In this document: positions 1 through 12,400 of the stretch, in pieces
Position numbering within the stretch: the first letter of the stretch is position 1
Layout: each line of letters begins with the position of its first letter
DNA from: a virus
Direction: 5' to 3' (one strand)
IMG/VR virus record: IMGVR_UViG_3300017917_001562
Coordinates: 1 to 64,000 of that record
DNA length: 64,000 bases
Translations under genes and position numbers: made by a program
The notes under the pieces: model-generated
Seen by the model: only the letters and a program-made list of their open reading frames with translations
Databases searched by the model: none
What the model was told of the DNA's origin: nothing

Positions 1-4
1 AAGT

Positions 5-3000
5 ATGGCCAATACCACACGACAAAGTAATCTTTTAGTCAATCAAGACTGGACAAAAATTTACGAAAGTTTTAAAAACGCGGACTTTCAAAGCTACGAT
101 TTTCAGACATTGCGTAAAGCAATGATTGATTATCTTCGTTTATATTATCCCGAAGATTTTAATGACTATACAGAAAGCAGCGAATATATTGCGCTAATTG
201 ATCTTATTGCGTTTTTAGGACAAAATTTAGCTTTTAGAAATGATCTAAACACAAGAGAAAACTTTTTAGCCACAGCTGAACGCCGTGACAGTGTTTTAAA
301 ATTAGCAAGATTAGTCAGTTATAATCCCAGCAGAAACATTGCTGCTGCGGGTTTTTTAAAGTTTGACAGTGTACAAACTACAGAAACTATTATTGACAGC
401 AACGGTAATGATTTGTCTAATCAAATCATCAAATGGAATGACAGCACTAATATAAACTGGTTTGAACAATTCGTTACAGTATTAAATGCTAGTTTTCCTA
501 GCAGTCAAAATTATGGTAAACCAGGAAATAGTCAATCCATAGCAGGTATTAAAAACGATGAATATGGAATTAATATAGCACCGGGCTCTCCAACTGCATT
601 GTCATTCCAGTCTACAATTAACGGCACAATTTTTGGATTTGAAGCTGTTAGTGCTACTAGTGTAAATCAAAACTATATTTACGAAGTCGGTCCTGCTCCT
701 GGCAGCTTGTTTAATATATTATATAGAAATGATAATAGAGGTAATGCCAGCAATAACACGGGGTTTTTCTTTTACTTTAAACAAGGTTCACTACAGTCAC
801 AGCAATTTACGGTTAACGAAAAAATTCCTAATAATGTTATCAGCATTAACTATGATAATATTAATAATACTGATGTTTGGTTATACCAATTAAACAATGT
901 TGGTACAATCAGTCAGCAATGGTCTAGTATACCTAGCGTGTCTGGCTATAATGTAATTTATAATAACGGCGCACCTAAGACCAGCTATCAAGTTAACAGT
1001 CGCGCTAACGATCAAATTGACTTAGTGTTTGGTGATGGAACTTTTGCTGATATGCCTTTTGGTAACTTCAGAAGTTATTTTAGAGTTAGTGCAGGACTAA
1101 CTTATAAAATTACCCCCGACGAAATGCAAAATATTCAGATAACGATTCCATATATTAGCCGTCGCGGTAAATTAGAAAATCTATTAGTTTCTGCTAGTTT
1201 AAAAACTACAGTTATTAATGCATCGGCTCGCGAAAATATTAACGAAATTAAGAGCAAAGCACCTCAGCAATATTATGCTCAGAATAGAATGATTACTGGT
1301 GAAGACTATAATACATTTCCCTATAGTCAATTTAGTAGTTTAAGCAAAGTAAAAGCAGTGAATAGAGTCAGCAGTGGTACTAGTAGATATCTAGATGTAG
1401 TTGATAACACTGGTAGATACAGCAGTACAAACATCTATTGTGATGACGGTATTTTGTATAAAGAATCCGCTGATACTACAAGAACTTTTACATGGTCTAC
1501 AACCAGTGATATTAATAAAGTAATACAAAATGAAATTTTACCTATTATTAGAGGCAAACCATTATTACAATTTTATTATGAATATTTTAACAGATTTTCA
1601 CTGAGTGATTTGTATTGGACCAGGAGTACAGTTGGCTCAGGAAGTTGTACGGGATATTTTGTAAACAGTGCAGGTGATTCACAGCAAATTGGCGCCAATG
1701 TCACTGGTAACAATGTTTACATGAACCAAGACAGTATTGTTATTTTTAGTCCAGGTACTGGCAATTATTTTGATAGCAGTAACGATATTCAGCCTATTCC
1801 TACATCAGGTATAATACCTGCCAACGGTAATCAATATTTGTATGTAGCAATTACTAGTTTAGTTGGTAATGGTAGCCAAGGTGTATTGTCTACTGGTCTT
1901 GGTCCAGTCTCACTTAGTGACAATGTTCCACCAGATGCTCAAGCTATTACAGTTATTCCAGCTTTTAGCAACAACTTTACTAATAGTTTTCAATCACAGT
2001 TAATTTCTTTGATATCCAGTTATACTGAGTTTGGTATTAGATACGATCAATTTTTAAGGACCTGGAAAGTTATTACAGCACAAGATATAGACTTAACAAG
2101 TGCTTTTAGTCAAACAAATCAAGGAGATACTTCAGGTCTAAACAGAGACAGCAGTTGGTTATTAAGTTTTACACTAAGTGGCACAGTTTATACTGTACAG
2201 TCTAGAGGTTTGGGTTATGTATTCCAAAGTGTTGACGAAACAAAGTTTTATTTTGACGGTTCTACTAAGATTTTTGATCCAGTGACAGGTAAGACTGTAA
2301 ATGATTTTGTAAACATATTACGAGTTAACGGAGATCCGGACACAGGCGTGCCATTGGCTAATAACATTTATTGGTATATCTACGATCAAATAGCAGAAGC
2401 TGACGGATATGTAGACAACAGCAAAGTTCAAGTAACTTACAGTGACAGTAATGATGACGGTGTACCTGATAATCCTGACATATTTAACACCGTCGTTCAG
2501 CCAGATATTGCACCTACAACCAAATATGTATTTTTTGTGAAAACTTACGGTTACAACAGTTTCATTACTTACACACCTATTCCAGGATCAGATGTAGTCA
2601 CAACTTATGCAACCAAAGTTGCATTGTTGCCTAATATCAACAACTATCCGTCAGGACAAATTTTTTATACAACTACGGATGAAAAATTTTATATTTCTAC
2701 TGTCACTTCAACTAGTAGTTCAGTTACCGAAAGCACAGATTACATTGCAAGAGTAGGAAGAGAATCATTAGACTTTCAATATAGACACAATGCACCCGGT
2801 AATAGTAGAATAGATCCAAGTCCAAATAATTTAATTGACCTATATCTATTAACTAAGAACTATGAAGATGCATACAGAGCTTGGGCATTAGATGCAACTG
2901 GTACTGTTGAATATCCACAAAAACCTAATAGTGAAGAACTCAGATTGGCTTATCAAAGTTTAGAAAATTATAAAAGTGTCAGTGACGCAATTATTTACAG

Positions 3001-3409
3001 TAGTGCAACATTTAAACCTTTATTTGGAGCCAAGGCTAGCCCAGAACTTCAAGCAACATTTAAGGTAGTAAAAAATAGTAATGTTACGGTAACTGATAGC
3101 GAAATAAGAAGTAGAATTCTTAGTTATATTAATCAATTCTTTGCAACATCCAATTGGGACTTTGGCGAAACATTTTATTTTACTGAATTAGCAACTTATA
3201 TTCAACAAAGCATGGCTCCTTATGTTAGTAGTATAATTATTGTTCCTAATAGCACTAATCAAGTCTATGGAAGTCTTCAACAAATTACAAGTTTGCCCAA
3301 TGAAATTTTAATCAGTGCTGCTACAGTAGATAATATTGAAATTATAAGTGCAATTACCGCAGCTCAATTAAACCTACAAAATTCATTGGTAAATACTATT
3401 ATTACTTGA
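5..3409 (+). CDS. Baseplate wedge subunit (T4 gp6-like)
   Basis: 1134 aa; N-terminal DFQSYDFQTLRKAMIDYL..FNDY..AERRDSVLKLARLVSYNP and internal QNRMITGEDY resemble T4 gp6-type wedge proteins; heads the structural block. Confidence 0.8.
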   Translation: MANTTRQSNLLVNQDWTKIYESFKNADFQSYDFQTLRKAMIDYLRLYYPEDFNDYTESSEYIALIDLIAFLGQNLAFRNDLNTRENFLATAERRDSVLKLARLVSYNPSRNIAAAGFLKFDSVQTTETIIDSNGNDLSNQIIKWNDSTNINWFEQFVTVLNASFPSSQNYGKPGNSQSIAGIKNDEYGINIAPGSPTALSFQSTINGTIFGFEAVSATSVNQNYIYEVGPAPGSLFNILYRNDNRGNASNNTGFFFYFKQGSLQSQQFTVNEKIPNNVISINYDNINNTDVWLYQLNNVGTISQQWSSIPSVSGYNVIYNNGAPKTSYQVNSRANDQIDLVFGDGTFADMPFGNFRSYFRVSAGLTYKITPDEMQNIQITIPYISRRGKLENLLVSASLKTTVINASARENINEIKSKAPQQYYAQNRMITGEDYNTFPYSQFSSLSKVKAVNRVSSGTSRYLDVVDNTGRYSSTNIYCDDGILYKESADTTRTFTWSTTSDINKVIQNEILPIIRGKPLLQFYYEYFNRFSLSDLYWTRSTVGSGSCTGYFVNSAGDSQQIGANVTGNNVYMNQDSIVIFSPGTGNYFDSSNDIQPIPTSGIIPANGNQYLYVAITSLVGNGSQGVLSTGLGPVSLSDNVPPDAQAITVIPAFSNNFTNSFQSQLISLISSYTEFGIRYDQFLRTWKVITAQDIDLTSAFSQTNQGDTSGLNRDSSWLLSFTLSGTVYTVQSRGLGYVFQSVDETKFYFDGSTKIFDPVTGKTVNDFVNILRVNGDPDTGVPLANNIYWYIYDQIAEADGYVDNSKVQVTYSDSNDDGVPDNPDIFNTVVQPDIAPTTKYVFFVKTYGYNSFITYTPIPGSDVVTTYATKVALLPNINNYPSGQIFYTTTDEKFYISTVTSTSSSVTESTDYIARVGRESLDFQYRHNAPGNSRIDPSPNNLIDLYLLTKNYEDAYRAWALDATGTVEYPQKPNSEELRLAYQSLENYKSVSDAIIYSSATFKPLFGAKASPELQATFKVVKNSNVTVTDSEIRSRILSYINQFFATSNWDFGETFYFTELATYIQQSMAPYVSSIIIVPNSTNQVYGSLQQITSLPNEILISAATVDNIEIISAITAAQLNLQNSLVNTIIT

Positions 3410-3419
3410 TAAAAAAACA

Positions 3420-6400
3420 ATGCCGGTAACTAAAACTTATCCTTTTCTTCCTACACAGTTTCAAAGCGAAGCTAACAAAAAATTTCTTAATGCAACTTTA
3501 GATCAGCTGGTTACTGAGCCAAGTCTGCAACCTATTAGTGGGTATGTAGGCAGAAAGTTCTCACCAGGGAACAACGATATTAACAGTTTTATTAGAGAAC
3601 CTAGTACAAGTAGAGCAAATTATCAACTTGAGCCTGGCATTGTATATAAAAATCAAAATACCAGTGAAGTAGAATTTGCTGTAAACTATCCTGAATTTTT
3701 GCAGCAATTAAATTATTTTAACGCTAATATTTCGAATCCCAATAAATTGTTTAGCGAAGATTATTATTCGTATTCACCTTATATTGACCCTGATAAGTTT
3801 GTAAATTTTGGCGAATATTATTGGTTACCCAATGGGCCCGCTGCAGTTAATATTATATCTAACATTAATAATCCAAATACAAATTATTATGTAAGTTTAA
3901 ATCCTGATAGAAATATTGTTTACTTTAATCAAACTCCAGTAAAAAATCCTTTAATAACATTAGTACGAGGAAATTCTTATCAATTCATAGTTAATCAATC
4001 AGCCTTCCCATTTTGGATACAAACTGATCCCGGTATTACTGGTGTTCAAACAAATAACAACAATTTATCTAGTAGACAAATTTTAGGTGTTACTAACAAC
4101 GGTGATGATGTTGGTACAGTTACCTTTACAGTGCCGCTACAGACAGCGCAAGATGAATTTATTTCGATGCCAATCTTCCAAAATGTTAATTTGGCAACCA
4201 ACTTAACTTATAGTCAAATCCAAGGTCAGTTAGTAAATGATGTTGTTGACAATTATGGCGGCATTGACGGACAGCGAAATAATTTAGACGGCAAGTATTT
4301 AATTTTTACAAGTAACAGTCCTAATGATGCAGATTGGACCGCTAACGCCGTAACTGTGCCGGCCAATCAACGATACGGCATTTGGCGTATTAATATATCT
4401 GTAGTGGGGTTAGATTCTTACTTTAATTTAACTTTTGAAGATGCATTACCTGTTAACAATAAAGTTTTGATTACATCTGGTGTTAACTATGGTAACACAC
4501 AATGGTACACAAATGCTAGCTATCAAATTACTCAAATACCTGTTATTACTGCAAATTTAGATACATTATATTATCAAATTGGCGATTTAGAAAATGCGTT
4601 TGGTATAATCAAAGTTGTAGATGCAGGTAGCAATATTATTGACATTGATACTGAAATTTTAGGAAAACTTCAGTACCAAAGCCCCAATGGTGTTGTATTT
4701 TCAAACGGACTTAAAGTTAAATTTGATTCTTCAGTGGTTCCTGTCAGCTATCAAAATAAAGAATTTTATGTTGAAGGAGTTGGAACAGCAATTACTCTAG
4801 TAGCAGTAGATAATTTAGTTTTTAATCCAACACAAGTTAGTAGCACTTACATCCCTACTGCTAGTTTTACTGACAGTGCTACAGCAACTATAAGTGCAGG
4901 TAAAGATCAACTTACTATTAATAGTAATGTTAATCCTATTTTAACAGAAATAGGTACATTTCCTAACATTAATAATACAAATAATTTAATAGTACAGGAC
5001 TTGGAAGTTGTTTATCCTTATAGGGGAGGACAAACTACACAAGGAGATCATGCTAGCATTGCTTATGAGACCGGTCCAATTGGCATGACATTAGTTGGCA
5101 TTCCTATATTTGGCACTGTTAACGGTTGGACCATTCCTGGTTTAAATGGAACAAGTTGGAATTTAATCTCGTCAGAAGCAACAGTAAACGGTGAAGACCA
5201 ATACGGCGGAACCGTTGATACCAACGGCTTATATCACTATGTAAATAGTGATTTTATTACAGCAAATGCATGGGGCAATGTTTCTGGCTTTACTGGCGGA
5301 AGTTATACACAAACCGACGGCCACAGTAAAATTATAGGTTTTGCTGCAGACGGATACCCTATATATGGTCCGTTTGGATACTTAAATCCTGAAGACAGTT
5401 CTAGCCCAGTAACTAGAATGACTAGCTCATATCAAAGCTCTAATACCAGTGATAATAGACCTGCAGCTGTAACAGTAAATGTTACTGCAAATACAACAGC
5501 TAACAGTTACATTACTGTAGCCAGTACTTTTGGTTTAAATCCTGGAATGAGAGCCACTGTAAATACCGCAGGTTTGACACCTCAACAGTATTGGATTGAA
5601 AATGTTGGCCTTGCTACAGCAACTGGACCTGTACCATTCCCTGGTGGAACTAATCAAATTCAATTAAATGCCAATGTTACTATAACAAAAGATACCACTA
5701 TTACTTTTGAATTTTTGGCAGGTGTATTTGTAGAAGACTGGACTTATGTTCAATCTTCAGGTTTATTAGATCAATACAATGGTAGATTTTGTGTAACTCC
5801 AGAGTTTCCTAATGGAACTTATGCGTATTTTTGTACTCAGGATACAAGTAATTCTCCTGTATATCCTTATTTTGTAGGAAGATCATTTTACGGAAGTACT
5901 ACAGTTGATCCTATTACAGCATTAGAAGATCCTGATTATATAACCATTAACAGAAGTAGCATTGATTTAAATGCATGGAGTCGTAGAAACAGATGGTTCC
6001 ATAAAGATATCATTGCAGCTACAGAAATTTATAATGGAATTGATTATAGTATTAGTGCAGATAGTAAAGCTCGCAGACCTATTATAGAATTTGATCCCGA
6101 TTTGCAACTTTATGATTTTGGTACTGTTGCAAAACAACCAGTAGATATATTTGATACTGTAACTACAGATCCGTTTTTAACAGTTGAAGGTGCTGGGGGC
6201 GTTTATTTAGATCAAACTTTTTTAGCAGAAGGTATGCGAGTTGTTTTTTCAGCTGCGGCAGATGCAGCAGTAAAAAATAAAATATGGGAAGTAACTCTAA
6301 TAGATCAAGATGCTAATGTTTTAACTCCAAAAATTATTCACTTAGTGGCAGCTAGTGATGCTGATGTGTCTACTAATCAAACTGTTGCTGTATTTGGTGG

Positions 6401-9400
6401 AGTTAATAATCAAAATAAAACATTTTATTTCGATGGTGTAGATTGGCAAGAAGGTCAAGCAAAGACAACTATAAATCAAGCGCCTTTATTTGATGTATTT
6501 GATTCTACTGGTACTAGTTTAGGGGACAGGACTAAGTACCCGATAAATGATAGCACTACAGCTTTTAACGGTACTAAAATATTTTCTTATGTGGAAGGTA
6601 TAGGTGCTGATGATGCAATTTTAGGATTTCCTTTAAGTTATCAAAATTTAAATAATATCGGTGATATTAAATTTGAAAATAATTTTGCTACAGACACATT
6701 TACATACACAATTGATAGAATTAATTACACTAATCTAATCAATATAGGATACTTACACAAAAACACTTCACTGTCTGACTATTCAATACTTAATACTTGG
6801 ACAACCGCAGATGAATCTAGCAAACAATTTCAGTTGTATAGTTATATCTATGATGGCATAGATAATTTGTTTAACATAGATGTTGCGCCAGAAGCAAACA
6901 CTGTAGGTCAAAATCTTTTTGTGTTTGCAAATTTCAAACAGATTCCTTCAGATAGATATTCATATTATAATATACCTAATAACAAAATACAAATAGCAAT
7001 TGATCCAACTGCTATAAAAGAAAACGATAGAATTACTATTAGAGTTTATAGCAATGCTACAAGTGCTGGTACACTAGCTTTTTATGAAGTCCCTGATAAT
7101 TTAAATAACAATTTATTGAATTCTAACTTCACATATGGTACTTTGGGTGATTTACGAAATCATTTTAAAGCAGGAACATTAGATAATTTAGATTTTGTGG
7201 GGCAGTTTCCTGGTAGCAGTAATTTAAGAGATTTGAACATTACAGTTAATAACGGTATGATTTTGCAACACGCCGCACCGTTAAGCTATGCAATGATGTT
7301 TACTACAAATGAACAGTATAACTTTTTTACTGCTGTAACATTTGCAGAACAAGAATATACAAAATTTAAGAATAAATTTTTATCGTTGGCTGAAACCGGA
7401 AGCAAAGTTGCAACCTGGACACCAGTGCAAGCAGTTGATTCTATTTTAACTAAAATTAATGAATTTAAAACTAAAGAGTTTCCATATTTTTATAGCGGCA
7501 TGGTTCCTTATGGACAGAATAAAAATACTATAAGCTATACAATTTTTGATACCGCAAAGACAAATTATCAAATTTCGTCAATTTATGATCCTACAGCATT
7601 AACTAACACTGCGGTGCTAGTTTACTTAAATGGCAGTCAGTTGTTATACGGGCATGATTATTCTTTTAGTACAACTATTCCTGCTATTACACTAAATGAT
7701 AGTCTTACTAGAGCAGTTGATGATGTATTAGAAATTTTTGAATACCGGGACACAGATGGTTGCTGTATTCCCGAAACTCCTACCAAGTTGGGTTTATATC
7801 CAAAGTTTGATCCTGAAATCGTTACAGATACAACATATACCATACCTCAACAATTCATTCGCGGCCACGACGGTAGCTTAACTCCAGTGTATAATGACTT
7901 TCGCGATGACTTATTGTTAGAACTTGAACGAAGAATTTATAACAATATTAAAGTTACTTTTGATAACAAGGTAATTAACATTTATAAAGCAAAGCCTGGT
8001 AAATTTAGAACTGACGATTTTACTTTAGCTGATTACAACAGACAAGTAGCAGAAAATTATTTGCCTTGGGTAGGTTTCAATAGATTAAACTACACAGACA
8101 ATACCATATATGATGTCACAAATCCGTTTACTTACAATTACAGTAATTGTCCAGACACAGTAGACGGTGAATTGTTACCTGGTTCATGGCGTGCATGTTA
8201 TGAATATTATTATGATACACAAAATCCTGCCAATACTCCTTGGGAGATGTTGGGATTTAGCGAAGAACCATCGTGGTGGCAAGATACTTATGGTCCTGCA
8301 CCTTACACAGCAGGTAACGAAATTTTATGGAACGACTTAGAAGCAGGTTACATTGCTGCTGGGCCAAGACAAGGGTATGACACAAGATTTGCAAGACCAG
8401 GCCTTGTAAATTATATTCCTGTAGATGTTAACGGAAATTTAAAACCTCCATTAGGACTTATGACTGTAAATTATAGCAGTCAAAAATTTAATGCAAACTG
8501 GACTATCGGCCAATATAGTCCAGTGGAAACAGCATGGAGAAACAGTAGTAGTTATCCATATGCAGTACAAATAATGATGGCATTAACTGACACAGCACAT
8601 TATTTTGCTGAGGGAGCTAGTGTTAATAAAGTAGTATACGATTCTACTTTAGATCAATTTATTAATCGTGACACAAATCAAAGACTAGTTCAATCAGATG
8701 TTGTTGTAAATGGTTATAATTATACAACAAAAACAGTAGATAGGAGTGCCAGTTACATTAATTGGATAGCTGAATATCAAACCAGTCAGGGCGTAGTAGA
8801 TCATCAAGATCTTCAAGAATTCGTTCAACATTATGATGTAAATTTAATTTACAGAATGGCCGGCTTCACTGATAAAAATACTTTAAAGGTATTAGCTGAA
8901 CAAAATAGTCCTAACAGTATCAATGATTCCATTATTATTCCTGACAGCGATTTTAATTTAATCCTTAATAAATCAACACCGATTGCGTCTATTAGATACA
9001 GTGCTGTTATTATTGAGCGTATAAGCAGCGGATTTAAAATTAGCGGATACGACAATGAGAGCCCATACTTTAACATTATTTTACCTGAAACAACCAACAG
9101 TCAAAATGCAAAAGATTTAGTGTCTGGAACTTATGCTATAAAATGGTATCAAAAATTTAAATCAGTTAGAGCTAGTATTCCTTACGGTACTATTCTGTCA
9201 GACTTACAGCAAGTTGCTAACTTTTTAACAGGTTACGAACAATACTTAAAATTACAAGGTTTTGTTTTTGAAACTTTTGATGAAACACTAAATCAAATCC
9301 GTGACTGGGAATTAAGTGCAAGAGAATTTTTATTCTGGGTAAGACAAAGCTGGGCAGCAGGCAGTGTTATTATTTTAAGCCCAATTTCTTCTAACATCAC

Positions 9401-12400
9401 TTATTTTAATCCTAGTGCAGTTGTAGATGCGTTGTCTAATACATTTACTGGTAGTAAAGTTCAAACACAAAATTGGAAGATACTTGACACTAGAGACTAT
9501 ACTGTACGCAGAGATACTCAGAACGGAAATTTATTCCAGTTGAGTCTTAACAATAGTCAAGACTTAATTGCAGCAATTAATTTTGATATTGTTCAGTATG
9601 AACATGCAATGGTGTTTAACAATGTAACTCAGTTCAATGATGTAATTTTCTCTCCACAATCTGGTCAGCGACAGTATAAATTAAAATTAGTTGGAACAAA
9701 AACTAAAGAATGGCGCGGCGCATTAAATCCACCGGGCTATATCTATGCTGATCCTAATATACCAGCCTGGAATCAAAATACTGATTATTTAAGAAGTGAT
9801 CTAGTAGAATATAAAGGATTCTATTATACTGCACTACAGGATATTGCTGGCAGCGAATCTTTTGATTTTACAAAATGGATGCCTGAACCTATTAGTAATA
9901 TTAGGTCTGGTCTATTAGAAAACTATGCTACAAAAGCTCAAAACAGTTTAGATTATTACAATGTAGAAAAAGTTAATTTAGAATTAGATACAAATACTCA
10001 AGCATTTGATTTAATCGGTTACAAAAACAGAAATTATTTAGTAGATCTTGGGATCACTGATACAAGCCAGATTAAATTTTACCAAGGCTTTATAAAAGAA
10101 AAAGGCACTAACAAAGCAATTAATGCTTTTGGAAATATTGTACTTAACAATGAAACAACCGGGGTCGAAATCAGTGAAGATTGGGCATTTAGGGTTGGTG
10201 CATATGGTGCAACTGACATTAATAGGTATGTAGAATTAGTGTTGCCTGAAGAATATCTTTTAAATAATCCAAATAGTTTAGAAGTAGCAACTAATAACAG
10301 TGTTATATACAATTCGTTGATTGCAAACAATGAAGGATTATATGATTATAGCACAACTACTTTTAGCAGCCCGTTTTTGTTAAACAGAACTGCTGAGTCT
10401 ACTAGAACCGACGATATAAAAACAGCAGGTTATGTTAACATAGATGATATTGATTTTACAATTTTTGATTTGACTGATATTTCTACACTTAATGGTGATA
10501 TCAGCAATATTAATGTAGGATCTATAATTTGGTGTGCAAAAAATTACAATAACGATTGGGATGTTTTTAAAATCAGCAACAATGCTGTTGAAATCTTAGG
10601 TGTTAAAAATAATTTAAATCAAAACATTACAGTAAAAACTGCTACCCCGCACAACTATACAGTTGACAATATTGTAATCATAACAAATACACGACAGTTT
10701 GATGGATTCCATAGAGTAGTTAGTGTTATTGATGCATTTAATTTTAACATTACTGTTACTAATAATTTAACTGGATTTACAAGTTTAAATTATACACAAC
10801 CTGCTAGTTCTTACTTATTAGAAAGTCAACGAGTAAATTACGCAAGCCAAATTTATGATATGGCTGCACCAAACAGTTGGACACCTAATAATAAAGTTTG
10901 GGTTAATTACGGCACAAACTCTCAGTGGTCTGTTTATGAAAAATCTGAACCGTGGACTGCTAATGTACAATTACCTAAAGGTCAATTTACTGCTAATGGT
11001 AATTTTGGTCAAAGTTTAAAATTAAGCAGCGACAATAACTTTGCACTTGTGGGGGAACCGGGTGCTAGTAGTGGTGTCGGTTCTATTACTAACTATGTAT
11101 TAGGTTTTGATAATAGTTTCATTGAAGATATAACAGTTAGTCCTAGCGCAGCAAATTCTTCTGCATTTGGCTATAGTGTAGATACTGGAGACGAATATAT
11201 AGTAGTTGGGGCTCCTGACAGTAGTTCTGGCGTGGGTTATGCTTACATATACCAACGAAACTTTTTAGGCACAATATCAGAATCGCAAATTATTGCTCCT
11301 CCTAGTGCAGCTGTAGAAGGATTTGGTACTAGTGTTATTATCAGTAATGACGATGCATGGATTTATGTAGGTGCTGCTAATGCAGCTAATGTTTATGCTT
11401 ATGGTTACTATGATGCTGACAGTTTTTCAAATACTATTGTAACAAGTTCAGGCACACCCAATTACTCATTGAGTTTTACTCCTGTTTCTACAGAACTAAT
11501 TACTGTACGAGGAACAACATATTCATATGTGCCGTTTGTAGACTACACTGTGACTGGTAGTACAATTACATTTACAAATCCTGTTACAGACACTGTTGTT
11601 GTAAGACAAACTCCTGGTTATGTATATGTTGATACTATTTCTTTTGCTAATGCATCTAGTTTATTTGGCGCAACAATAGCAGGTACCACTGACGGTAGAC
11701 AGATAGCTGTTGGCGCCTCTGCAGACAATACCAGTTCAGGCACTGTTACTCTTTATGACAGAAGTGTAGAAAATTATATTAGTATTGCAGACCAAACACT
11801 GTTTGGTGGAGTAAGGACATTGGGCCTTGTACACAAAGTACGAGTAAATAATGAATTACAAACACAAGGTACCGATTATGTGATAGTAGCCGGCAATTGG
11901 GTTCAATTAACCACTGCACCGGAAGCAGGTTCAATTGTACAAATCGAAACAAATGAATTTAATAAAATTCAAACAGTTAATGCTTCGACTATTCAAAATA
12001 ATAGTCAATTTGGTTTTGATGCTGATATTTGTCCTTATAACTGTAGTCTATATATAGGTGCTCCTTATTACACTGAAGGCACAAATTATAATGTTGGCAC
12101 CGTTTACAGATTTGTAAATCAAGGTAGAGTTTACGGTACAATTACTGGTACGGTACAAAATCCTACAGTAACAGCAGGTAATAGTATCAGGCTAAATGAT
12201 TACGAAGTTGAATTTAGTGGAACTAGTCTAGACAGTGTTGTAACAACAATTAATGCCGCCAACATACCAGGAATTACCGCTGAAAATGTCAATGGATATT
12301 TGCAAATTAATTCCGACAGTGTTATTGCTGCTAATAAACTAACAGTTCTACCAGGCATTGGTAATACTATTGCACAACTTGGTTTGTTGGTATTTAAGCA

